Assembly (NCBI GenBank): GCA_963796135.1
Contig: CAWCKK010000011.1
Span: 72,140-136,139, forward strand
Direction of reading: 5' to 3'
DNA: 64,000 nt
From: an uncultured Acidobacteriota bacterium
GTDB taxonomy: Bacteria; Chlamydiota; Chlamydiia; Chlamydiales; Rhabdochlamydiaceae
The translations under genes and the position numbers were made by a program. Within the stretch, counting starts at the first letter, position 1; each line of letters opens with the position of its first letter. This document shows positions 1 to 11,036 of the stretch, one piece after another. Under the pieces are notes generated by a model that saw only the letters and a program-made list of their open reading frames with translations, searched no databases and was not told the DNA's origin.

Positions 1-40
1 AAAGCTCCCCCTCCAGCTGTTTGACATTTTAAGCGGATCC

Positions 41-85
41 TTGGAGGGAGCTGTTTTCAGCTCCCTCCAATGGGTATCTGTCCAG
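41..85. repeat. Palindromic repeat family copy (13-bp perfect stem TTGGAGGGAGCTG/CAGCTCCCTCCAA plus right arm); may also terminate the OMP gene
   Basis: Perfect inverted repeat 41-53/58-70, followed by TGGGTATCTGTCCAG, which matches the right arm of copies at 24817, 39336 and 56920. Confidence 0.7.
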
Positions 86-1216
86 TTAGAAGGACACTCC
101 GGCTGAGGCATAGAGGCCTTGAACATCAAAGTTATAGTAGTCGCTCAAGCAGTCTGAGGTTGAGCCTCCATTGATAAAAAGTGTTCGGGTAAGGCCGCGA
201 ATGTAGGAGTTAAACTCGTATCCGACCTCAGCTGTAAACCCTGCTGACTGGCTGCGAACAGTGTAGCTTAAGCCGACGCGCCCGTGTAACGCAGGGACGA
301 TTCTTGTCGTCTTTTCATCTTTAATGTCGGCAAGGAGCTGAGTGAAGGGGAGACCTGTTTCTGAACTGATAAAGCTTTCACTAGAAAAGACTTTTCCCTT
401 TCTCTGGCCCACTAACAAACTGCCTGAGAACAGTCCTGTGATGGAAAATACCTGGCGGCAGGACTCACAGGATGGGCTCTCATAAAAATTGTAGTCGACG
501 CCCAAGCCGAATTGAGGCCCAATTCCCCAGAACTTCGATTTCTGACTGAGGAAGCCTTCGAGGATCGCGCTGGGTTGGCTATAGAGGTATTTTTCGTTGA
601 AGTGCGTGTAGGCGTACTCCAACCCCGTCTTTACATAAAACTGGACGCCAGCTGCGTTTACAACATGTTGCGACAAGTCGACATCCAAACGCTCGTACAA
701 CAGATTGAGCTTAGAAGAGGCGGTTCCTGGGTAGTCCTGAAGATCTGCGCCGATTCCAGAGGGACCTAGGGTTGCTGAAAGAAAATCTCCAGACACATGG
801 CGGCTCTTATGTGCAGAGAAGTAGGTGTAATACGCTTCTAACTCTCTTTTCCCGTGGCACATGGCAAATTCTGCCCCCACGCGGAATCCGGAGTGAAAAC
901 CAAAATCGTTATTTTTTCTCTTGCCGTTGGGATAACTCGCACTGAGGCTCGTCGCTGTTTCTACGGGAGAGTCGATCACAAAATAGGTGTCGTCGACAGT
1001 AGGCAGCAAATAGAGGTAATCTCCTGAAAAGCGCCAGTAATTGGGGCAGGGAAAAGCAGGGGTGATGTCTGCGCAAGACACCCCTTTTTCCAAGGAGTGA
1101 GGCATCGATGGGTTCCCTTGAGTTGTTCCATAGGAAGAAGCAATGTTTCCGCCATCGGCAATTAAAGATCCTGCACTCAGTGCAGATAAAATAGAAAGAA
1201 ACGACACATATCTCAT
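86..1216 (-). CDS. MOMP-like beta-barrel outer membrane protein (Lpg1974/Legionella-MOMP-like family)
   Basis: Signal peptide, F-x-x-GFRVG, FWGIGPQFG and GYE motifs, C-terminal aromatic strand ending in F; resembles the three paralogs at 40.5-43.7 kb. Confidence 0.75.
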   Translation of the reverse strand: MRYVSFLSILSALSAGSLIADGGNIASSYGTTQGNPSMPHSLEKGVSCADITPAFPCPNYWRFSGDYLYLLPTVDDTYFVIDSPVETATSLSASYPNGKRKNNDFGFHSGFRVGAEFAMCHGKRELEAYYTYFSAHKSRHVSGDFLSATLGPSGIGADLQDYPGTASSKLNLLYERLDVDLSQHVVNAAGVQFYVKTGLEYAYTHFNEKYLYSQPSAILEGFLSQKSKFWGIGPQFGLGVDYNFYESPSCESCRQVFSITGLFSGSLLVGQRKGKVFSSESFISSETGLPFTQLLADIKDEKTTRIVPALHGRVGLSYTVRSQSAGFTAEVGYEFNSYIRGLTRTLFINGGSTSDCLSDYYNFDVQGLYASAGVSF

Positions 1217-1249
1217 TCTGATGACCTTCTGTTAAATTTTCTAATTGAG

Positions 1250-1317
1250 TCCCGACTTTCCAACTTTTGCTAGCCCCTCTCGCAGGTAGGGCTTAAGCAA
1301 AAGCTGCAAAGCCGAGA
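1250..1317. repeat. Imperfect intergenic inverted repeat (~27-bp arms)
   Basis: TCCCGACTTTCCAACTTTTGCTAGCCC pairs imperfectly with GGGCTTAAGCAAAAGCTGCAAAGCCGAGA. Confidence 0.5.
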
Positions 1318-1361
1318 TGAATGGTCAACTTATAGTTTAGAATCCGACATTTATGCAATAC

Positions 1362-2767
1362 CTAAAGCTTGTGTTTGGCCTTTGCGCGTTTTCTCACAAA
1401 ATACAGGGGGATTAAGCAGCAAACAGCCATTGCGGAAACGAGCATGAGCTCGTATAAGCCAACGCTCTTAAAGGGCACTTGCTCAGGGGGCATAAAACCA
1501 AAGAGAATCACGGTAAAGCAGCTGAGAGTTCCCAAAGTGCAGACCATTCCCATTCCCCATTTTCTTCCGGGAACTCGAAAAGATCTTGCTACCTCTGGGC
1601 GGTGGTAATGGAGTTTGAGGGCTGATGCAAAAAGGGCAATATACACAAGGAGGGCAAGCTGCGCTGTGAGTACAGAAAGGACCCAATAGGTGCTATTGAC
1701 CGTCGGCATGAGGATGAAGATGAGGCATAAAAAAGAAACCAGGATAGCTTGCACCATCAAGATGCGCGTCGGGACTCCTTTTTTATTGGTAACCGATAAA
1801 ATTGAGGCAAGCTGCCATCCTGGCTTGCCACGAGGAGTCCCTTTGTCGGGCCGATGATCCACGCGCCAACAGCGCTCAAACCGCCTAAAATGATGAAGCC
1901 TGCCATGACCGGGACAAGCCAAGCCATCTGGTAGGCGTCCGCAAAGATCTTAAACGCTTGAACAACCCCTGTCGCAAGGCTCAAATCTCGATTCGGGACG
2001 ACAATGGCAATCGCAAGGGAGCCTAGGATGATTGTCGAGAGGATGATGACAACTGCGGTAAAGACAGAGCGCGGGTAGTCTCTCTTGGGGTTGCGCATTT
2101 CCGCAGCGTGAGTCGCAGCCATTTCCAATCCGAGCAAGCCAAAAAACACGTTGGTCAGAAAGGCGATATTGCTCGTCTGAGAGCCGCTTGGAAAAAAGTG
2201 GCTCCAGTTGAGATCGATCTGCATCGGCTTGCCTTGGACGATCCATGTCAGCCCTAGGGTAGCGATCATCACCATTGGCAAAATCGTCCCAATTAAGGCG
2301 CCAGCTGTACTCAGCCAGCTGGAGACTCTCATTCCAAGGCAGTTGATCCCGGTGGCCAGCCAAAACAAGAGGAGAGTGGAAAGGCTCATGTAAAGTTTAT
2401 TGCTCGCCAGATCGGGATTGAAGAAGTAGGTGATCGTGCCGGCGATCAGAGCGATGATCGTAGGATACCAAATCACGTTGTAAATCCAGTTGAGCCAGAT
2501 GACGACAAGGCTTAGCCGCTTTCCAAAGGCCTCTCTGACCCAGACGTAAATTCCGCCTCGATTGGGCCATCCGGTTCCAAGTTCTGCAGAGACAAGCGCT
2601 GTTGGCAGAAAGAAGACAACCGCCGTGATCAGATAAAAAAAGATGAGGCTAAAGCCATAGACGGCAGAAAACGGGAGGGTGCGTATGCTGTCGACAGCGA
2701 TCACGTTGATCATGACAAGCTGAAAAAACCCGAGCGTTTTTTTGTCGGAGGGAAATGTTAACGCCAT
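1362..2767 (-). CDS. APC-family amino acid permease (GadC/YjeH-like), one apparent frameshift near 1800
   Basis: ORFs 1757-2767 and 1362-1922 join into a multi-TM permease with AELGTGWP-x-GGIYVWV-x-EAFG and GLE motifs. Confidence 0.85.
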
Positions 2768-2771
2768 CGAT

Positions 2772-3585
2772 TTACCATGTTGCTGTAGGCGGCATCGAAC
2801 AGAGAATTGCCTCGGGGTTGCCCCCCGATAGAAAGCCGAATTTGGTTCCCCGATCGTAGAGAAGATTAAATTCTACGTAATGGGCTCTGATCTTGGCCTG
2901 CAGTTTTTTTTCTTCCTTTGTGAAGGGCTGGCGGATTCTGCGCTCGTAGATAGGGAGAATTGTCTCTAAGAAGCTATCTCCAATGCCTTTCCAAAGCGCA
3001 AAATCCTTTTCAAAATCGCCCGTGTTGTAATGATCAAAGAAAATGCCGCCGACCCCGCGCTCTTTGTTGCGATGAGGAATGTGAAAGTATTGCTTGGCAT
3101 TCTCTGAAAAATCAGTGTATAGCCTTGGATCAAACAGATCAAGGGACTTTTGTGCTGTGGTGTGAAAGTGGCATGTGTCTTGCTGATAGGGAAATCCCAT
3201 TGGGGTAAGATCGTACCCTCCGCCAAACCAAAAGGTCTGTTGCGTTTCGATATAGCGGATATTAAAATGCACTGTAGGGGCGTGGGGATTATGCATGTGA
3301 GTGATGAGGCTTACTCCCGTTGCAAAAAAATCGCCTTGAGCGTCGCTCATCGGAAATTGATCTCCCGACACACTCGAAAAGTTCACAGCGGCTTTTTCAA
3401 AAACATCGCCCCGCAAAACAGCCATCTCTCCTCCACCGCGGCCCTTTGCATATTCCCAAACAGTGCGCTCAAAGCGTTTGTTAGGTTCGATCGATTCGGA
3501 AGGCGCTGATGATCTTTTCTCGCAAACTTTTCAAGTAGGCGACGATCTCTAATTTTACAGGGTATGTTTTATTCTTTTGTTCCAC
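2772..3585 (-). CDS. hemF: Oxygen-dependent coproporphyrinogen III oxidase; N-terminus restored across a 1-base frameshift near 3498 (GTG start with GGAG RBS)
   Basis: FEKAAVNFS, WFGGGYDLTP, RGVGGIFFD and YVEFNLLYDRGTKFG motifs; upstream frame reads VEQKNKTYPVKLEIVAYLKSLREKIISAF. Confidence 0.9.
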
Positions 3586-3632
3586 TACAATCTCCGCAAA
3601 CAAATTGGATGAATCGAGGATTTTGGCTTTTT

Positions 3633-4994
3633 ATGAAAAAAAAACAAGTTGTTATTCTAGGCGCTGGGATCTCTGGACTTGCCAGCGCGTGGTACTTGAC
3701 CAAAGCAGACCCTTCTTTAGAGATTGTCATCATCGAGAAAACCCCTCGCTGCGGCGGTTGGATCCACACAGACCATACAACAGGCTTTCATTTTGAAAAA
3801 GGGCCGCGCACTTTTAAAGTCGATAAATGCCCTTGCACGATGCAGCTGATTGCAGAACTTAAGCTGGAAAAAGAGGTGATTTGGTCAGAGGCTAAGCCCC
3901 ATCACCGCTATTTATGGCATGAAGGGCAATTGCAACGTTTTCCGACCAATCCACTCTCTTTTTTATTTTCCCCGCTGACCAAAGGATTTATCCGCGCTTT
4001 GCTAACGGAATGGAAGCGGCCTGTGAAAAATGCAGATGAAACCGTTTGGGAGTTTGTGTTGCGGCGATTTAATGACGATGTCGCAAGGTTGTTTTTCGAT
4101 CCGATGGTCGTCGGAATTTTTGGGGGCGACATTCGAAAAATTTCGGTGCGCGCTTGCTTTCCCAAGCTCAAAAGCTGGGAAGAAAAGTATGGATCTTTGA
4201 CGCGCGGATTTATCGAAAGAGCTAAAGAAAAGAGGAAAGAGCCCAAGTATTCTCAAGCCGTAGAGGGAGTGCCGATGTCGGCCATTTTCTCCTTTCAGGG
4301 AGGGATGGAAACACTCTCACAGGCCATTGCAAGTCAAGTTCCGGCAACCTTCCACTACAACAGGCAAGTGAGAGCGCTTAGATTAGATGGGGAAAGGGTC
4401 GCTGTGACAACGGATAAAGAGGAGTTCAACGCTGACTATGTGTTTTGCGCATTGCCGATTGCGCAAACAGCCTCCCTTTTTGAGCCGCACATGCCTGGGA
4501 TTTCCAAAGAGTTTGAGCTTGTTCCCTCGGAAGGCATTGCCGTTGTCAACTTTGGCTACGATGCCAACGTCTTGCCGGTGGAGGGGTTTGGCTATTTGGC
4601 CCCGACGTATGCCCATGAAGATATCCTCGGGGTTGTCTTTGACTCTTCCGTGTTTCCCGAGCATAATCGGATGCCCAAGGAGACGCGGCTGACAATTAAG
4701 CTTAAAGAGGAGAGGCGCTCGGAGGAGGAGTATATCGCCCTTGCCCTGAAGGGGATCCGCAGCCATTTGGGGATTTCCCGAACTCCGACAGCTATCTCCT
4801 GTAAGTCGGCCATCGACGCGATTCCACAATACGGAGTTGGCCATTTAGACAAAATGGTCGATTTTAACCGCCGCTTCCGCAACCAATTCCATCATTGCTA
4901 CCTTGTCGGCAACTACCTCACCGGCGTCAGCGTCGACCAGTGCATCCAAAGGGCAAAAGATGCTGTTGTAGAATTGAATAGACATCTTGCGTAA
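3633..4994 (+). CDS. hemG: Protoporphyrinogen oxidase (HemY-type FAD enzyme)
   Basis: N-terminal GAGISGL FAD motif, FEKGPRTF, AIPQYxVGH, GNYLTGVSV; start placed at MKKKQVVILG. Confidence 0.9.
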   Translation: MKKKQVVILGAGISGLASAWYLTKADPSLEIVIIEKTPRCGGWIHTDHTTGFHFEKGPRTFKVDKCPCTMQLIAELKLEKEVIWSEAKPHHRYLWHEGQLQRFPTNPLSFLFSPLTKGFIRALLTEWKRPVKNADETVWEFVLRRFNDDVARLFFDPMVVGIFGGDIRKISVRACFPKLKSWEEKYGSLTRGFIERAKEKRKEPKYSQAVEGVPMSAIFSFQGGMETLSQAIASQVPATFHYNRQVRALRLDGERVAVTTDKEEFNADYVFCALPIAQTASLFEPHMPGISKEFELVPSEGIAVVNFGYDANVLPVEGFGYLAPTYAHEDILGVVFDSSVFPEHNRMPKETRLTIKLKEERRSEEEYIALALKGIRSHLGISRTPTAISCKSAIDAIPQYGVGHLDKMVDFNRRFRNQFHHCYLVGNYLTGVSVDQCIQRAKDAVVELNRHLA

Positions 4995-5004
4995 CCTCAT
5001 TTTC

Positions 5005-5116
5005 TTGATAAATTTGCGCTTTTTGGTCCATTCCTTACAAAACTTTTTCGCCGTGTCTTTACACATGGCGAAAAAGTTTTGTAAGGAATGGGCAGAAAAA
5101 TCATCAAATTTTTCAA
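5005..5116. repeat. Long inverted repeat between convergent hemG and hemE (29-bp core stem, 1 mismatch); possible bidirectional terminator
   Basis: 5028-5056 CCATTCCTTACAAAACTTTTTCGCCGTGT is the reverse complement of 5063-5091 except for one base; degenerate outer arms extend it. Confidence 0.8.
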
Positions 5117-5186
5117 ACAAAGCAGGTTACGCAAGATGTCTAATCTATCCCAGTAAAACTTTTCGTCGATTTTTGGGTTCTTTGCT

Positions 5187-6195
5187 CTAGCCTCGAACCG
5201 TATCGACAAAGCAGCGGACATTTTCTAGGGGAGTATCGGGGGCTACCCCGTGGCCTAGGTTGACGATGAATCCATTTTGTCCTTTCATCGAGAAGAGAAC
5301 CTCGGCCACGCTCTTTTTGATTTGCTCTTGAGAACTCTTTAAAAGGTCGGGGTGAAAGTTTCCCTGAACGGCGATTTGACAGGGCACTTGCTGGCGCAGT
5401 TCTAACATGGGCTTGTGCCAATCGAAGCTAATCCCTGAAGGGTTAATTTTAGACAGTGCCTCCGCTCTCAAAGAGGAATCGCGGCAAAAAAAGAATCAAG
5501 GGGATCTGAGTCGGCAAGAGGGCATCTGCGATTTGTTTGAGGTAGGGGATCGAAAATTCGGCAAACTCGGCATCGCTGAGCTGATTTGCCCAGGAGTCAA
5601 AGACTTGGATCGCATCGACCCCAGCTGAAATTTGCTCTTGGAGGTAGTCGATGACGGCGTGGGTGATCTTAGAAAGGAGAAGATGGAAGGAGGTGGGATC
5701 TTCCCGCATCCATTTTTTTGTGTGCTCAAAAGTGCTGTGGTTGCTTGAATCGATAAAATAACTGGCTAGTGTAAAGGGAGCGCCGCTAAAACCGATCAAG
5801 GGAATAGAGATTTTGGGCTTGATGAGTGCGATGGTCTCAAAGACGTAAGATAGCGCTTTTTTTGCAGGAATGTAGGGGAGCTCTAACACGGTACGCGCCT
5901 GCCTTATCGCAGGCTGAACCTGGGGGCCTCCTTTATCTGGAAATGCCAGGTTCAGTCCAAGAGATTCTGCGGTCACCAAAATATCGGAGAACAAAATGGC
6001 GGCATCGACATTTAAGGCGTCGATCGGTTGTTGGGTGACGGTTGCTGCAAGCTGAGGGTTGTGAAACATCTCCCAAAAGAGAGTGGTTTTGTCTTAAGGC
6101 GCGGTACTGCGGCATGTACCGCCCTGCTTGACGCATCAGCCAAACGGGGGGCCGCTCAACAGGTTGGCAGCGCAGTGCTCTTAAAAACAAATCGC

Positions 6196-6199
<4 letters not shown>
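5187..6199 (-). CDS. hemE: Uroporphyrinogen decarboxylase, two apparent frameshifts (~6075, ~5485)
   Basis: [39 protein letters not shown] and NLGHGV motifs spread over three ORF pieces. Confidence 0.9.
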
Positions 6200-8184
<1,985 letters not shown>

Positions 8185-8214
8185 GCGACAAACTCCTGAA
8201 ATGTTTTCCTCAAG

Positions 8215-8293
8215 CTGGACTGATGCCCATTGAAGGGAGCTGCTCCGACCTCTAGAGGTCAAAGCTGTCCTTGAGCAACGGGCATCAGTCCGG
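8215..8293. repeat. Full-length palindromic repeat family copy in the divergent tkt/alaS spacer
   Basis: Arms GGACTGATGCCC/GGGCATCAGTCC around a central GACCTCTAGAGGTC. Confidence 0.75.
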
Positions 8294-8414
8294 TCAAGAT
8301 CATACAGGTAAAAGAGAATATTTAGGAAGTGGTTTGACATTCCAGGGCTTGCAAAGTCGAGGATGTGTATGTTACGATTTGCCTTTTTCCTTCACACCCC
8401 AACGGGAAACGATT

Positions 8415-11036
8415 ATGATTTCGCAGGAGATCCGCCGCAACTTTCTCAATTACTTTAAAACAAAAGGGCATGCGATCATCGCCTCGTCCTCCGTTGTTCC
8501 CTACGATGACCCGACGCTTTTGTTTACAAACGCCGGGATGAACCAATTCAAAGATGTCTTTCTCGGGAAGAGTGAGAGGGACTACAAGAAGGCGGCGACC
8601 TCTCAAAAATGCATCCGGGTCGGGGGCAAACACAACGATTTGGACAACGTCGGCCATACTGCCCGCCACCTAACGTTTTTCGAGATGCTCGGCAACTTTT
8701 CTTTTGGGGATTATTTCAAAGAGCAAGCCATCGCCTATGCCTGGGAAGTTGCAACTTCGGTTTTTGGCTTCGACCCGGAGAGGGTTTGGATCACGGTCTT
8801 TTCAGAGGATGACGAGGCGTTTGAACTTTGGAGGGCAATTGTCCCGGAAAAAAGGATTGTCCGCATGGGCGAGAAGGATAACTTTTGGGCGATGGGCGAT
8901 ACGGGACCTTGTGGGCCCTGTTCCGAGCTTTATTTTGACAAGGGGCAAAAATATGGACAGGCCTCCTCGCCCAAAGAGGACTCGGAAGGCACGCGTTACT
9001 TGGAGTTTTGGAATTTAGTCTTTATGCAGTTTCAGAAGGACAAAGAAGGGAGGATGAATGCCTTGCCCAAGCAAGCGATCGACACCGGTGCCGGTTTGGA
9101 AAGGGTTGTGGCTTTAAAAATGGGAGTGGATAGCATTTTTGCAACGGATCTTTTGCAGAGCATCATCGCTAAGATCGCAGCGGTCAGCGGTAAAAAATAC
9201 GACCCCCAGGATCCCCATTTATCGGCTGCTTTCCATGTGATCGCCGATCACCTCCGCTCGCTTGCATTTGCTATGGCCGACGGGGCGACCCCCAGCAATG
9301 TCGAAAGAGGCTACATTTTGCGCAAGCTGTTGCGAAGAGCCGTTCGCTATGGGCGAATGCTGGGGATGCAAGATCCTTTTCTGGCAAAGATTCTACCCTG
9401 TCTTGTCGAACTGATGGGCGCTGATTATCCTGAGCTTGTCAGCGCTGAGCAGAGAACATCTGAGATTCTGAACCTCGAAGAGGAATCCTTCATTCGAACC
9501 CTCAAGCGGGGGGGCAATATTTTAAATACGGTAATTGAAAGCGCCCAAAAGACACAAGCCAAGCAGATCACAGGGGAAGAGGCGTTTAAGCTCAAAGACA
9601 CGTACGGATTTCCCCTCGAGGAGATTTTGCTGATTGCCAAGGATGCGAATCTACAGGTCAATCTCGATGCCTACGAGCTTTTAGAAGAAAGAGCAAAAGA
9701 GCGCTCTAGAGCTGCAAAAACAGAGCATATCCAACAGGTGCAAGATGGCCTTTTTCAACAGTACCTCGAGCAGAACGGGGCTTGTGCTTTTGTAGGCTAC
9801 GACAAGATATGTGCAGAAGGAACGATCACAGCTCTTATTTTCGAGGGGAAGTTCGTAGACACTTTGCGAGAAGGGCAAGAGGGGATGGTCGTTTTGGATG
9901 CGACCCCTTTCTACGCAGAAAAAGGGGGGCAGGTAGGGGATACAGGTTCTCTTGGCAACTTCGTTGTGACCTCCTGCTCTTCCCCCTATTCCGGTCTGAT
10001 TGTGCATGTGGGGAAAATGGGAGAGGGAGGTTTGCGCCTGCAGCAGAAAGTTTTGGCCGAGGTCGATGCAAAACGGCGGCAGCAGATTGCCAATAACCAT
10101 ACTGCGACCCACCTTCTGCACTGGGCTCTGCAGAAGATCCTGGGGCCCCACATCCGTCAGGCCGGATCTCTTGTCGAAGACGCCCGTCTGCGCTTTGACT
10201 TTAATCACCACAAAGCCTTAAGCCGTGAGGAAATCCGGCAGGTAGAGAGGCTTGTGAATGAAAAAATTCGGCAGGGAAATGAGGTGAAAACCTACGAGCT
10301 TTCCTATGAACAGGCGCAAGGCCATCCCGAAATCAAGCAGTTTTTTGGAGAAAAATACGGCTCTAAAGTCAGAGTGGTCGACATCGATTACTCCAAGGAG
10401 CTCTGTGGGGGAACCCATGTGCGGAATGTGAGTGCGATCGGATCTTTTCGCATCACTAAGGAAGGGAGCGTCGCCTCAGGGGTCAGGCGTATTGAAGCGG
10501 TGACAGGCACCCTTGCGGACAATGTCGCCTATGCCTTTGAAGAAGAGCTAGACAAAGCGGCGGAGCTGTTGCATGTCTTGCCGTTTAAGGTCATCGAGAA
10601 GATCCAGGCGCTTGTGGAGGAAAATAAACAGCTCTCTCAAGAGCTTAAGGCGTTCAAAAGAGCTTCTCTAAAGACCCTGTGTGCTGAGCTGCTTTCTAAA
10701 GCGGAAAAAGTGGGGGAAATCCCCTTGATCGCAGAGCTTGTCGCTTTAGAATCGGAATCTCTTCCCCCCTTCATCGAAGATCTCATGGGTGGGCTGCGTA
10801 GCGGAGTGATTGTCTTAGCCACTCAAGGGGAGGGCAGGTGCCAGCTGATTGCCAGGGTTTCTTCTGATCTGACGCAAAAAGGGATTTTAGCTGTGCAGTT
10901 GATTAAAGACATTGCCCCGCTTGTGGGAGGATCTGGCGGCGGCAAGGCAGAATCTGCCCAAGCAGGCGGCAAACGCCCCGAAGGGATTAAAGAGGCATTC
11001 AGCAAGGCAAGGCAATGGCTCAGCGACAAGAGCTGA
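8415..11036 (+). CDS. alaS: Alanine--tRNA ligase
   Basis: DPTLLFTNAGMNQFK, GPCGPCSE, NHTATHLL, ELCGGTHV and C-terminal GGSGGG motifs. Confidence 0.98.
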   Translation: MISQEIRRNFLNYFKTKGHAIIASSSVVPYDDPTLLFTNAGMNQFKDVFLGKSERDYKKAATSQKCIRVGGKHNDLDNVGHTARHLTFFEMLGNFSFGDYFKEQAIAYAWEVATSVFGFDPERVWITVFSEDDEAFELWRAIVPEKRIVRMGEKDNFWAMGDTGPCGPCSELYFDKGQKYGQASSPKEDSEGTRYLEFWNLVFMQFQKDKEGRMNALPKQAIDTGAGLERVVALKMGVDSIFATDLLQSIIAKIAAVSGKKYDPQDPHLSAAFHVIADHLRSLAFAMADGATPSNVERGYILRKLLRRAVRYGRMLGMQDPFLAKILPCLVELMGADYPELVSAEQRTSEILNLEEESFIRTLKRGGNILNTVIESAQKTQAKQITGEEAFKLKDTYGFPLEEILLIAKDANLQVNLDAYELLEERAKERSRAAKTEHIQQVQDGLFQQYLEQNGACAFVGYDKICAEGTITALIFEGKFVDTLREGQEGMVVLDATPFYAEKGGQVGDTGSLGNFVVTSCSSPYSGLIVHVGKMGEGGLRLQQKVLAEVDAKRRQQIANNHTATHLLHWALQKILGPHIRQAGSLVEDARLRFDFNHHKALSREEIRQVERLVNEKIRQGNEVKTYELSYEQAQGHPEIKQFFGEKYGSKVRVVDIDYSKELCGGTHVRNVSAIGSFRITKEGSVASGVRRIEAVTGTLADNVAYAFEEELDKAAELLHVLPFKVIEKIQALVEENKQLSQELKAFKRASLKTLCAELLSKAEKVGEIPLIAELVALESESLPPFIEDLMGGLRSGVIVLATQGEGRCQLIARVSSDLTQKGILAVQLIKDIAPLVGGSGGGKAESAQAGGKRPEGIKEAFSKARQWLSDKS

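Noticed and set aside
4845-5221. Short ORFs on both strands with mirrored peptides (HSLQNFFA/KKFCKEW)
   Set aside because: Artefacts of the long inverted repeat, not credible proteins or a toxin-antitoxin pair
8185-8414. Long N-terminal extensions of tkt and alaS in the ORF track
   Set aside because: They run through the palindromic repeat and promoter region; homology begins at the downstream ATGs (8184 and 8415)
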